A stretch of DNA of 64,000 nucleotides. It comes from Bacteroidales bacterium. GTDB taxonomy: Bacteria > Bacteroidota > Bacteroidia > Bacteroidales > UBA3824. Shown here in pieces: positions 9,970 to 20,196 of this stretch (its first letter is position 1; every line of letters starts with the position of its first letter). The DNA lies in assembly GCA_016286055.1 (NCBI GenBank), contig JAEERW010000016.1, positions 10,932-74,931 of the forward strand, in the 5' to 3' direction. The translations under genes were made by a program, and so were the position numbers. The notes beneath the pieces were generated by a model. It ran no database searches. It saw nothing but the letters and a program-made list of their open reading frames with translations, and was not told where the DNA came from.

Positions 9970-9994
9970 CAATTATCAACATTCAATTTTTAAC

Positions 9995-11647
9995 TTACGC
10001 GATTATTGTGCAGCCGGAGCAAGGTTTCAACTGTTTAAAAAAGTCGTTGCCTTTGTCGTCTACAAGAATGAAAGCGGGGAAATCTTGTACTTTGATTTTC
10101 CAAATTGCCTCCATTCCAAGTTCGGGATATTCTACGCATTCAATGCTCTTGATGTTGTTTTGAGCAAGGATAGCGGCAGGACCGCCGATTGAGCCAAGGT
10201 AAAATCCGCCGTGCTTTTTGCAAGCGTTGGTAACGGCTTCGGTGCGGTTGCCTTTTGCAAGCATAATCATTGAGCCGCCGTGGTCTTGAAACTCGTCAAC
10301 ATACGGGTCCATACGGTTGGCTGTGGTGGGACCCATTGAGCCACAGGGCATTCCAGCGGGAGTCTTGGCAGGTCCGGCGTAATAAATCGGGTGGTCTTTC
10401 ATATACTGCGGAAGGTCTTCGCCGGCATCCAAACGTGCTTTTAGTTTGGCGTGCGCAATGTCGCGACCTACTATGATAGTTCCGTTCAATGAAAGACGTG
10501 TGGCAACGGGATATTTAGTAAGAATTTTGCAAACCTCGCTCATAGGTTGGTCGAGGTCGATTTTTACTGCGTTGCCTTCGCCAGCGTTGCGGAGTTCTTC
10601 GGGAATAAGTTCGGTAGGATTGTCGTCCATTTTTTCAATCCAGATACCGTCTTTGTTGATTTTTGCCTTGATGTTGCGGTCGGCAGAGCAACTTACGCCC
10701 AAACCAATCGGGCAACTTGCACCGTGGCGGGGAAGACGTATCACACGCACGTCGTGAGCCATATATTTGCCGCTAAACTGTGCGCCGAGACCAATTTTGT
10801 AAGCCTCTTGCAAAAGTTCTTTTTCGAGTTCCACATCGCGGAATGCGCGTCCTGTTTCGTCGCCGGTGGTGGGCAACGAATCGTAGTAATGGGTAGATGC
10901 CAACTTAACGGTCAAGAGGTTCTTTTCGGCTGATGTTCCGCCAATTACAAATGCAATGTGGTAAGGAGGACAAGCCGCTGTGCCGAGACTCTTCATTTTT
11001 TCTACCAAGAATGGAACCAATGTGCCGGGGTTTTGGATACGTGCTTTGGTTTCTTGATAAAGGTAAGTTTTGTTGGCCGAGCCGCCGCCCTTGGTTACCA
11101 TAAGGAATTTGTATTCCATACCTTCGGTGGCTTCGATGTCGATTTGCGCGGGAAGGTTGCAACGTGTGTTTTTCTCCTCGTACATACTCAGTGGAGCGTT
11201 TTGCGAATAGCGCAGATTGTCCTGAGTATAAGTGTTATAAACGCCTTTTGCAAGAAATTCTTCATCGCAGAATCCTGTCCACACCTGCTGACCTTTTTCG
11301 CCGTGGATAATGGCTGTACCGGTGTCTTGGCAGAGGGGAAGTTGACCCTTTACCGAAACCTCGGCATTGCGCAAGAATGTGAGAGCCACATATTTATCAT
11401 TTTCAGATGCCTCAGGGTCGCGGAGAATTTTGGCTACCTGTTCGTTGTGTTTGCGGCGGAGCATAAACGAAACATCGTGAAATGCTTGCTGCGAAAGTTT
11501 TTCCAAAGCCTCGGGTGCAACCTTCAAAATCGGTTTGCCTTCAAATTCCGAAACCGAAACTCCTTCTTTTGTAAGGAGATAATATTCGGTATCGTCCTTG
11601 CCCAACTGAAACATCGGGGCATATTTAAAATCGGGAATGTTTGCCAT
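9995..11647 (-). CDS. fumA: class I (Fe-S) fumarate hydratase
   Basis: [39 protein letters not shown] motifs; TACCTTTG promoter at 11680-11687 (minus); fumA versus fumB cannot be told apart. Confidence 0.93.
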   Translation of the reverse strand: MANIPDFKYAPMFQLGKDDTEYYLLTKEGVSVSEFEGKPILKVAPEALEKLSQQAFHDVSFMLRRKHNEQVAKILRDPEASENDKYVALTFLRNAEVSVKGQLPLCQDTGTAIIHGEKGQQVWTGFCDEEFLAKGVYNTYTQDNLRYSQNAPLSMYEEKNTRCNLPAQIDIEATEGMEYKFLMVTKGGGSANKTYLYQETKARIQNPGTLVPFLVEKMKSLGTAACPPYHIAFVIGGTSAEKNLLTVKLASTHYYDSLPTTGDETGRAFRDVELEKELLQEAYKIGLGAQFSGKYMAHDVRVIRLPRHGASCPIGLGVSCSADRNIKAKINKDGIWIEKMDDNPTELIPEELRNAGEGNAVKIDLDQPMSEVCKILTKYPVATRLSLNGTIIVGRDIAHAKLKARLDAGEDLPQYMKDHPIYYAGPAKTPAGMPCGSMGPTTANRMDPYVDEFQDHGGSMIMLAKGNRTEAVTNACKKHGGFYLGSIGGPAAILAQNNIKSIECVEYPELGMEAIWKIKVQDFPAFILVDDKGNDFFKQLKPCSGCTIIA

Positions 11648-11821
11648 TTGTTTAATATTTTTGATATGTTTGTTTTGCGCAAAGGTAGGGATATTTTAGG
11701 GAAAATAACAATATTTCAATAGATATTTTTTAACAAAACACCATCCGCCACAACTAAATTGTTTTTGTTGTTAATAAAAAATCAATTACCTTTGCGGTGT
11801 TAGCAAAATTGTCATCTTACA

Positions 11822-12178
11822 ATGAAAACACTTAAAACAACTGCCATTATACTTGTTGCATGCCTTATCAGTGCGTGCTGCACTCCTATAGCCTCTATCA
11901 CAAAACATCCTGCTGAATACCGTGGCAAAACCGTAATTGTAAAAGGCAGAGTTATCAACACCCTCCGCCTCGAAGACCTTAGTTTCTTCACCATCAAAAA
12001 CCACGGGAAAATCAACATCACCACCACAAGTTTTCTCCCTGTAAAAGACGACTATGTGCGTGTACGGGGCATTGTAGACGACAAATTCTACTATCAGCGC
12101 GACACTATTCTTATTATCCGCGAAATTGTAGAAATCGACGAAAATGTTAAACCAGACTTTAACCGAATGGTGAACTAA
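11822..12178 (+). CDS. small lipoprotein, probable OB-fold
   Basis: Lipobox-like LISAC; P..Y.GK.V.VKG.V and V.VRG.V pattern; TACCTTTG promoter at 11787-11794. Confidence 0.65.
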   Translation: MKTLKTTAIILVACLISACCTPIASITKHPAEYRGKTVIVKGRVINTLRLEDLSFFTIKNHGKINITTTSFLPVKDDYVRVRGIVDDKFYYQRDTILIIREIVEIDENVKPDFNRMVN

Positions 12179-12180
12179 CA

Positions 12181-13650
12181 ATGAATAAGTGGTTGATAAT
12201 TATCTGGTTAATAACGGCAGCAAAAATCCTATCTGCTCAGGATTTTAAAATTAGCCGTATCGATGAGAGCGAATTCCCAACCATTTCGTTCCAGCTCGAA
12301 ATCTCAGGAGGAAGCGAAAAATCTATAGATGGTTTTACCTTAGAAGAATACAACAACCCTATTGAATACTCATCTACCCCAGATGATGCTACTGGAATCC
12401 AACAATCAAGAACTTATATTTTTTTAATCGAAAACTCATATTATTTTCACAAAAACAAGATTTTCCCTGAGCTTATCACATCGATAAAACAGGTAAACAA
12501 CAACATAAATGAAGACGATCGGGTAAACATTCTCTTTTTTGGAAGCAAACTCCAGCCCACTGTTAAATACGTTAGCATAGAACCAACAGCCGACACTCAC
12601 AGACTCAACAGCATGGTTGACTGCTATTTCAAATCTGAATCAGACAGCACATATATCGACAATCCTCTTTACCCAAGCATCGAAGAGGCAGCTGAATATG
12701 CCCTCTCGTTGCCTTCGCAAAACAGCATCAAATTTCTTATTGTTATTGCCAGAGGGCTCAACCTTTGCAACACTCTCACATTCTCCCCAAACTTTATGGA
12801 ATCGATGCGAAAGAGCAACCTGTATATCAACGTAGTGATGTTCAAAACCGAAACACCAAACGCCAAACGTGAACTTGCCGACTTATGTGAATCGTCAGGA
12901 GGCTCATTCGTAACCTTTGAACAAGGACAGCTAGAACAGACCCTCATGCAACTCGGCGAAAAAAACAGCAAAACCCCTCCTAAAATCACAAACCATTGCT
13001 ACAAAATCAGTTTCAAAACTGCGCAAAATGGCACCAACAATTTTGTTAAAGCTCGGTTCTATGGGGCAGAAACTGTTGTTGAATTTTCAAACCCAAACAA
13101 AACTGGCATTTTTGGACGTCACCCGTCTACTGCATTTGCTGGCATTATGTTCGCTGTTTTGGCGGTGGTACTAATTATTTACGCCATAGTACGCAACAAA
13201 GTAATCAAAAAAATCGATGATGCCACAAAACTCAAAATGCGCGAAATTCAAATTCAAAACAAACGTCTAAAACGCGAAATCGAAAAATACCGCAAACATC
13301 CAGTGAGCGTGTCACAATCGTTCGACGACTTCAACTCCGCCGAAAACCTCGTAGCAGGCGGACAGCAGACTCCTAAACTCATCTGCGCCAACGACGGTGA
13401 AAACACTTCATACGACCTCAACAAGTTGGTAATGTCTATCGGTCGTGCCGACGACAACGATATTGTTATTCACAATCGCACCGTGTCGTCGCACCACGCT
13501 ACTCTCAGTTTTGAGGGTGGCGTATTCTACATCAGCGACAACGACAGCACCAACGGTATTTTTGTCAACGACATCAAAATCACAAAAAGCAAAGTTAACA
13601 ACGACGACATCATCCGTATTGGTGCCGTGTTTGCCAAACTTAAATATTAA
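12181..13650 (+). CDS. signal peptide + vWA-like domain + TM + C-terminal FHA domain
   Basis: FHA motifs IGR, VSSHHA, STNGIFVN; TM near aa 317-337; vWA-like strand/helix pattern with degenerate MIDAS (LIENSYY). Confidence 0.8.
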   Translation: MNKWLIIIWLITAAKILSAQDFKISRIDESEFPTISFQLEISGGSEKSIDGFTLEEYNNPIEYSSTPDDATGIQQSRTYIFLIENSYYFHKNKIFPELITSIKQVNNNINEDDRVNILFFGSKLQPTVKYVSIEPTADTHRLNSMVDCYFKSESDSTYIDNPLYPSIEEAAEYALSLPSQNSIKFLIVIARGLNLCNTLTFSPNFMESMRKSNLYINVVMFKTETPNAKRELADLCESSGGSFVTFEQGQLEQTLMQLGEKNSKTPPKITNHCYKISFKTAQNGTNNFVKARFYGAETVVEFSNPNKTGIFGRHPSTAFAGIMFAVLAVVLIIYAIVRNKVIKKIDDATKLKMREIQIQNKRLKREIEKYRKHPVSVSQSFDDFNSAENLVAGGQQTPKLICANDGENTSYDLNKLVMSIGRADDNDIVIHNRTVSSHHATLSFEGGVFYISDNDSTNGIFVNDIKITKSKVNNDDIIRIGAVFAKLKY

Positions 13651-13655
13651 ATTAT

Positions 13656-14852
13656 ATGGCAGAGACAAAAGAACTAACAAATTTTCACTACATCAGCCTC
13701 ACCGACAAGGGCTGCGTCCGCACCAACAATGAGGACTATCTCGGCTATTTCGACACACTCAACGGTCATGTGTTTGTAGTGTGCGACGGTGTGGGGGGGC
13801 TGCCTTGCGGCGAAAAGGCTTCTCAAACCGTAGTCAATTCGGTCAAGTTCTTCTTCTCCAATTTTTACTACAAAGACCCGTTTCAAGCGATCTCCGACGC
13901 GCTCAATTACGCCAACAACCGTATCGACGAAGAAACCGCCAACGACTACACATGCCATGGCATGGGAACTACCGTGGTGCTGGCTCTTGTTCGGTACAAC
14001 AAGGTGTATTACGCTCACCTCGGCGATTCAAGATTATATTTTTTACATGAGGGGAAATTAATCCGACTCACTCGCGACGACACCTATGTAGAACACCTCG
14101 TAGAGGAAGGAAAACTCGCTGCAAACGAAATCAGCAATCATCCGAGAAAAAACGAACTTACTGCAGCCATGGGTCTTTACGGCTCTCCGCACATCTGCTC
14201 TGCCCCTATCTCCCCGTCCGAAAAAGACTTGATCCTCCTCTGCACCGACGGACTTTACAATATGATTTCCGAAAAAGAGATTCAATCCTTCCTCTGCCGA
14301 CGCGGACACATCGAAGACAAAGGCATGGATATGCTCAAAACCGCCATCAAACGAGGTGCTCCTGACAATATAACCCTGCAAATTATAAAATTTTACAATG
14401 TCGAGCCCAAAAACTCATCAGAAAATAAACCTAATGAGACAACGTCAAAGCCCCAACTCAAAAAGGCTATTCTCGTTTTTGAAATTCTGCTTGCAGTTTT
14501 GATCGTGGTAGGCATTGCAGTAATGAGGCACAGCGGCAAAAACCCAACTCCTGCCGAAAAGCCAACTCCTCCAAATACTTCGTACAGCATCAACATCAAA
14601 ACCGATGAGTCGTGCAATATCGATTCCATTTCTCAACTCTACGGTGTTAAAATCGAAGATATCGTGGTTTATAGCCAAGGAGGAAACTTTATAATGAATA
14701 TACCCGTAAAAAAAATTCTCAAAACACGTTATTTCGACAACCTTGCTACTTTAGAAAAACAATACGGCACAAGCCAGCGAAGGATAATGATTGTAAACAA
14801 ATTCCAAAGCACGCACGTTGCCCCTGGTACAAACATTACAATCCCCTTTTAA
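13656..14852 (+). CDS. PP2C/PPM Ser/Thr phosphatase + TM + C-terminal LysM-like domain
   Basis: RTNNED, VCDGVGG, GTT, HLGDSR, LCTDGL, DNIT motifs; C-terminus DNLATLEKQYGTS..IMIVN..VAPGTNITIP is LysM-like. Confidence 0.88.
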   Translation: MAETKELTNFHYISLTDKGCVRTNNEDYLGYFDTLNGHVFVVCDGVGGLPCGEKASQTVVNSVKFFFSNFYYKDPFQAISDALNYANNRIDEETANDYTCHGMGTTVVLALVRYNKVYYAHLGDSRLYFLHEGKLIRLTRDDTYVEHLVEEGKLAANEISNHPRKNELTAAMGLYGSPHICSAPISPSEKDLILLCTDGLYNMISEKEIQSFLCRRGHIEDKGMDMLKTAIKRGAPDNITLQIIKFYNVEPKNSSENKPNETTSKPQLKKAILVFEILLAVLIVVGIAVMRHSGKNPTPAEKPTPPNTSYSINIKTDESCNIDSISQLYGVKIEDIVVYSQGGNFIMNIPVKKILKTRYFDNLATLEKQYGTSQRRIMIVNKFQSTHVAPGTNITIPF

Positions 14853-14864
14853 AACCCAATAATT

Positions 14865-16604
14865 ATGCAAACAAATTCGCTCATAGGTCACCGCCTCGGA
14901 AACTACAAAATCGACAGCCTTATTGATCAAGGCGGCATGGGGAGCGTATACGAAGGCGTTCATATGCTGTTAGGACGAAGGGTCGCTATCAAACAACTAA
15001 ACCCTATACTCGAACAGAAAGAAGGTGTCAAGGAACGCTTTAAAAATGAGGCGATAATCCTATCGAAACTCAAGCATCCGCACATTGTCAGCATTTACGA
15101 TTACATCGAATGCGACAAGGGAACATTTATTATCATGGAGCTTATCAAGGGAACGGCTCTGGATGTATACCTAAAAAACGAATCTGGGCCTATTCCCGAA
15201 CCTCGTGCTGTTAGATACATCTCTCAAATGCTCGACGCCATAGGATACATGCACTCCAAAAACATAATCCACCGCGATATCAAACCTGGAAACTTCATCA
15301 TCACCGCCGACGATGAAATCAAAATACTCGACTTCGGAATCGCACAGCTCATCGGCGAAACGCCAAAACACCTAACCCAACCTGGCACTAAGGTGGGCAC
15401 CGCTCTATATATGAGTCCTCAGCAGGTAAAAGGGCAGCCGCTCGACCGTCGCACCGACATCTATTCTCTCGGAATTACCTTCTTTCAGATGCTCACGGGT
15501 CAACATCCATACAACACAAAACTCTCAGAATACGATATTTACAACAAAATCATAAACGAACCTCTTCCCCCGCCATCTTCTATCTACGCAGGAGTATCGC
15601 CCCAAATGGAAGACATTATATATAAGGCCACTGCAAAAAAACCGTTAGACCGATATCAAAACTGCGCCGCCTTCCTCCACGATGTCAAAGCCGCAGCCAA
15701 GCAAACTGCAGGCGAGGATAAAAACCTCAACACCCAGATTTTTGAACTTACACCGGTCGACACCGAAAAAAAACAGTCAGCTTGGAGAAATATTGCAATC
15801 CTGCTTGTGGTTTCGGTGTTCCTGCTTTCCGTAGCGGTATCAGTCTTCACTTTCGGTCGTCACGACCAAATGCACGTAATCGGCGACAACGCCCACCTTT
15901 ACAAGGCCGACAGCCTCAACTCCGAGCGCACCGACCGTTTAAACTATGGCGAAACGGTAAGAATTGTACCCGACCGTCCTGAAATCGTCAACAACGGAAC
16001 GGCTTGGGTAGAGGCCACTTCGCTACGCGGCTCCAAGGGATATATCCCCAAAAAACAGCTTGTTTCGTCAAAAATTTACCAGCAAATCAACTCCATGTTT
16101 ATGACAAAAGAGGCCATCGACCTCACACCTTGCGAGTACAAACTCGTGCTATGGAAATATTTTGTGGAAAACAAGTATTTCCGAAATTCGTCTACCTCAT
16201 GGAAAATATCATCCGACACCAAAAACGAGCTCGACTTTTCAGGTATAGCTTCGGGACGCTTCAACGCTAACTCCACAACCGACTACGCTTGCATCCTTCA
16301 TAGCCTCAGCGACCGCAGATGCCGAATCATAATATTCTTTGACCAATCATCCGAAAACATCGCGATCGACTTCCCTGGCGAAGTAAGAATCAAGACAATT
16401 CCCGCTGGCGAACAAGGCGGAGGTTGGTTCCTCGGCAACACTTACAAACGCACCGCCGCTAATGGTTCGCAATACGAGGTCGACAAATACGAATTCTTGC
16501 CAACCGATGGCATTATGATTTACGACATCGAAAACGAAACCAATTCGGTATGCGTTTTTAATTCTGCCGAAAACAAAATCCACACCTATCTACAGCCAAA
16601 ATAA
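14865..16604 (+). CDS. Hanks-type Ser/Thr kinase + TM + SH3b-like extracytoplasmic domain
   Basis: GGMGSVY, VAIK, HRDIKPGN, DFG, DIYSLG motifs; TM near aa 308-330; LNYGETVRI..W.....G.KGYI is SH3-like. Confidence 0.9.
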   Translation: MQTNSLIGHRLGNYKIDSLIDQGGMGSVYEGVHMLLGRRVAIKQLNPILEQKEGVKERFKNEAIILSKLKHPHIVSIYDYIECDKGTFIIMELIKGTALDVYLKNESGPIPEPRAVRYISQMLDAIGYMHSKNIIHRDIKPGNFIITADDEIKILDFGIAQLIGETPKHLTQPGTKVGTALYMSPQQVKGQPLDRRTDIYSLGITFFQMLTGQHPYNTKLSEYDIYNKIINEPLPPPSSIYAGVSPQMEDIIYKATAKKPLDRYQNCAAFLHDVKAAAKQTAGEDKNLNTQIFELTPVDTEKKQSAWRNIAILLVVSVFLLSVAVSVFTFGRHDQMHVIGDNAHLYKADSLNSERTDRLNYGETVRIVPDRPEIVNNGTAWVEATSLRGSKGYIPKKQLVSSKIYQQINSMFMTKEAIDLTPCEYKLVLWKYFVENKYFRNSSTSWKISSDTKNELDFSGIASGRFNANSTTDYACILHSLSDRRCRIIIFFDQSSENIAIDFPGEVRIKTIPAGEQGGGWFLGNTYKRTAANGSQYEVDKYEFLPTDGIMIYDIENETNSVCVFNSAENKIHTYLQPK

Positions 16605-16633
16605 TTTTTACCTTTGCAAAAAAAAATACTAAC

Positions 16634-18907
16634 ATGAAATTTTCAGCAAATGAAATAGCCGACATAGTTAACGCCGACTCTATCACAGGCAACAAATCGT
16701 TGGAAGCCACACAATTAATACTTAGAGCTGCCACTGCCGCAGCCCTCCCTGATTCTGTTTATTTCAACCTTCGAAAATTTAAAGACCCACCTGAGGCTAT
16801 CAGCAGAATGCACAAACTCGGTGTGAGAATCTTTGTCCACGCCGAACCGTTAGACCACGAACCGTTCAGCGACTCTGTATATATAAAGGTGCGAAACATC
16901 AATACAGCTATCAACCAATATATTACCGAGGTAATTCGCCGCTATGAAGGCACTATAATTGCCGTACCAGAGCAAAATGGACGTTGCTCCATCAAAGACT
17001 GGATGGCTCTGCTGCTTAAAAACTCTGCCAACATCTTTACTACTGCACATTACACTTCTGAATTAGACTTCATCGAAAACATCAGCCTCCTTGACAACAC
17101 CTACGACATCGCCGTATGCCAAATCCCCGACCGATACGAATACACTTCTATCGCCGCTATCGAACAAGCCGACACCGTTAGTTTCAACGAGGAAGAGTTT
17201 TCTATCTCTTTCAACAAATCTGAATCTTCTACCGAAATAAGCATCACCCAGCGGCAATCAGAGTTCCCTGCCTCTATCAAAATCCCTTTTTGCGACACCG
17301 AACACGCTCAAGACGCAGCCAAATGTCTGTGCTACCTCTTAAAGCAAAATCTTTACATTCCATCGATACACAACCCTATTTTCAAAACACTTGAAATTCC
17401 CGACCCACTTATCAAAATGCGCAACGGCGATTTCAACATCGGCATTGTGTCGTGTTTCTCGTCAAAAAACAATATTTACGCAATCTGCAAGTGCTTCGAC
17501 TTTATGGCACGGCAGCACCAATTCCATTCGCTTACTGCCGTAATTGCAAAGCCCGATTTTGAAACCCTCACAAAAGAGGAATTCTTTTCTAAACTATTTT
17601 TTGCAGCACGAGGATGCGGTATTTCGCGCATTGTGTTTATTGGATATTTTGAGCAGATCCCTCACAACGAATTCATTCGCATCACCAAATACGACACCAT
17701 TCAGGACTTCATCGACAACTTTGACGAGCAACCATTTACGGGCGGCGGAATACTGCTCAAAGGCGAATGCTACAACGACTTCGCCGACGCTTTCGACTTT
17801 TTCCACACAGGCAACCACGACACTGTTTTAGAAGTAAGTCTCAATGCGCTCAAGCACAACCTCAACTACTACCGCGCTCTGCTCCGTCCACAAACCAAAA
17901 TGATTGCTATGGTAAAAGCCAACTGCTACGGCAGCGGCAGTTTCCAAATAGCCAACATGCTGCAAAACAACGGTGTTGACTATCTGTGTGTAGCTTTCGC
18001 CGAAGAAGGAATTGCCCTCCGACGAGCCAATATAAAAATGCCAATCATGGTGATGAACTACGACGGACGCAACTATAAGCAGCTAATCAACTACCGTCTC
18101 GAACCTGTTTTGTTCTCTTCCGAGCGCACACTCCGCCTCATCGAAATCCTAAAAGAACGCGGCATAACAAATTATCCAGTACACGTAAAACTCGACACTG
18201 GAATGCACCGCTCTGGATTTATGCCACACGAACTGCCCGAATTTTGCAACATCATAAAAAGCAACTCCGAAACAGTCAATATAGTTTCAATGTTCACCCA
18301 CTTTGTTGCCGCCGACGACAATCAGGAAGACAAATTCTCCCTCACCCAAGTTTCGCGTTTTACCGAAATGGCCGACACAATATGCCATCTTACAGGTCTT
18401 AACCCCATGCGACACATCTGCAACTCTGTTGGCATAGAACGCTTCACCGACTACCAGTTCAATATGGTCCGCCTCGGAATAGGTCTGTACGGCGTGGCAT
18501 ACGAAGCCACCGACCAGCTGATGGGCATATCTAAATGGAAAACCAACATTGTGCAAATAAAAAACATCGAAAAAACCGAAACCGTAGGCTACAACCGACG
18601 GGGCAAAATCAACCGCAACTCGCGCATCGCCCTCATCCCTGTTGGCTACGCCGACGGACTCAACCGAAAATTCGGCAACGGCAACCTCCAAGTAGAAATC
18701 AACGGACACCGCGCCCCTATCATCGGCAACATCTGCATGGATATGTGCATGGTAGACATCACCGACATTGAATGTAAAGCCGGCGACGAAGTTGTGATTT
18801 TCGACACAAACACAAAACTTATTGAGATGGCTGCGGCAATTGGCACAATTCCATACGAAATCCTCACAGGCATCTCGCCACGTGTAGCAAGAATATATAT
18901 CGAATAA
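16634..18907 (+). CDS. alr: alanine racemase fused to a degenerate MurF-like N-terminal region
   Basis: MVKANCYGSG (PLP Lys), HVKLDTGMHR, VGY, GNICMDMCM, GTIPYEIL motifs; own TACCTTTG promoter at 16609-16616. Confidence 0.9.
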   Translation: MKFSANEIADIVNADSITGNKSLEATQLILRAATAAALPDSVYFNLRKFKDPPEAISRMHKLGVRIFVHAEPLDHEPFSDSVYIKVRNINTAINQYITEVIRRYEGTIIAVPEQNGRCSIKDWMALLLKNSANIFTTAHYTSELDFIENISLLDNTYDIAVCQIPDRYEYTSIAAIEQADTVSFNEEEFSISFNKSESSTEISITQRQSEFPASIKIPFCDTEHAQDAAKCLCYLLKQNLYIPSIHNPIFKTLEIPDPLIKMRNGDFNIGIVSCFSSKNNIYAICKCFDFMARQHQFHSLTAVIAKPDFETLTKEEFFSKLFFAARGCGISRIVFIGYFEQIPHNEFIRITKYDTIQDFIDNFDEQPFTGGGILLKGECYNDFADAFDFFHTGNHDTVLEVSLNALKHNLNYYRALLRPQTKMIAMVKANCYGSGSFQIANMLQNNGVDYLCVAFAEEGIALRRANIKMPIMVMNYDGRNYKQLINYRLEPVLFSSERTLRLIEILKERGITNYPVHVKLDTGMHRSGFMPHELPEFCNIIKSNSETVNIVSMFTHFVAADDNQEDKFSLTQVSRFTEMADTICHLTGLNPMRHICNSVGIERFTDYQFNMVRLGIGLYGVAYEATDQLMGISKWKTNIVQIKNIEKTETVGYNRRGKINRNSRIALIPVGYADGLNRKFGNGNLQVEINGHRAPIIGNICMDMCMVDITDIECKAGDEVVIFDTNTKLIEMAAAIGTIPYEILTGISPRVARIYIE

Positions 18908-19106
18908 GTAAAATCTACATTACTTGATTAATAATTATTAAAAAATTAAGTTAATTAACACACAAATTATCCGCTTATTACACAATAAGTAAAAAATATT
19001 TTTAGATTTTAACATTTTTTAACATAATTAAATAACGCGCTACAATACGCTATACGGCATTTTTCTAAAAATATTTTACATTTTACGGTAAAATATATAA
19101 AAAACA

Positions 19107-19138
19107 TTTGCATTTTTAAAAAACTATAATTATCTTTG
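19107..19138 (+). promoter_or_regulatory. complete Bacteroidota promoter (-33 TTTG, 20 nt spacer, -7 TATCTTTG)
   Basis: Both boxes present with consensus spacing. Confidence 0.75.
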
Positions 19139-19142
19139 TATC

Positions 19143-19307
19143 GTTAAAATAAAACACCGACAGAAAGGCGCAAGTCCGGACGGCAGAAACAACGGTATTT
19201 AGAATTTTGAGAAACAGTCCGGCAGCCAAGTAACGGCTAAAATTTTAACCAACTTTAAATTTGAGAAAAAATCCCGCATGGTAAAAAACCAGCGGGATTT
19301 TTTTTTT
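19143..19307 (+). ncRNA. candidate ~165 nt small RNA
   Basis: Lies between a full promoter and a strong terminator; no ORF; the next gene has its own -7 box at 19366-19373. Confidence 0.5.
19266..19307 (+). terminator. intrinsic terminator
   Basis: AATCCCGC..TGGT/ACCA.GCGGGATT stem followed by T10. Confidence 0.8.
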
Positions 19308-19411
19308 CAAAAAAATTTCACTCCAGAAACTTCCATCCAACTATTATAATACAAAAATTTTCGCTTATCTTTGCGCTGATTAAATACAGCCTTTATATAA
19401 CAGACAAGCAA

Positions 19412-20149
19412 ATGAAGATTTTTGGCAAAAACAACGACGGCGGCGTGTTCACAACACGTATGGTAACTACGGTAACCGACATTATTGTAAAAAAGTACAT
19501 AAAAGCCGGATATATCGCCCCCGACGATTTTGAAGACTACAAACAGACGATAATTGAAAAATATATAACAAAACGCGAGAGGATTGAAAGCTTGTACGAC
19601 AACCGCGCAAAACCCGAAACATATATTTCGGCGGTATTGTACAGAATGATGCTCGAAATTCTAAGGGCCGGATCCACAAAAGAGAAACACTTCGGCGAAT
19701 ACGAAACCACCGTCCTGAAAAACGGTGAAGGCCACCAGGTGACCCCCGAAGAACAACTCATCATCGAAAACGAGAAACGCTACCTTGAAAAGGTGCTTTC
19801 CTCGTTCGGACCCGAAACCCCGAAGGTAACGCTACTATGCAAAATGTTTTTCAGAATCAGGCCCACCGAACTTGATTTGGAAGCCTACCTGAAAAAAAAG
19901 CCAGACAGCGAAATCCTCAAACTAACGCTCATTGAAGGCAATGAACTAGATAAAGACATTTTCGACAGGCTATGCATTATTTGCAACACCGCCGAAAACA
20001 AAAACAACAAACCCGACGCTGTACGAATGTACGTAGGGAAAACCAATGGCAAAATCATCAACCGTCTCAACCTCAACAGGCAGACAAACTACAACGAAGA
20101 ATCACTTGCCATTTTATTTGACATGCTTTACACTGACAAAGATACATAA
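19412..20149 (+). CDS. atypical ECF sigma-factor-like protein
   Basis: DFEDYKQTIIEK..YDNRAKPETYISAVLYRMMLEILR resembles sigma region 2; TPEEQL..E..L linker; divergent C-terminal half. Confidence 0.5.
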   Translation: MKIFGKNNDGGVFTTRMVTTVTDIIVKKYIKAGYIAPDDFEDYKQTIIEKYITKRERIESLYDNRAKPETYISAVLYRMMLEILRAGSTKEKHFGEYETTVLKNGEGHQVTPEEQLIIENEKRYLEKVLSSFGPETPKVTLLCKMFFRIRPTELDLEAYLKKKPDSEILKLTLIEGNELDKDIFDRLCIICNTAENKNNKPDAVRMYVGKTNGKIINRLNLNRQTNYNEESLAILFDMLYTDKDT

Positions 20150-20196
20150 AAGAGATTTTAAACGATAACCAACACCAACTAATTAAATTTATTTAC

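Noticed and set aside
10958-11722. Long antisense ORFs (254 aa here; also 50698-51369, 36324-36902, 48018-48563, 24513-25046)
   Set aside because: They shadow well-supported genes on the other strand, carry no motifs and are expected from codon bias
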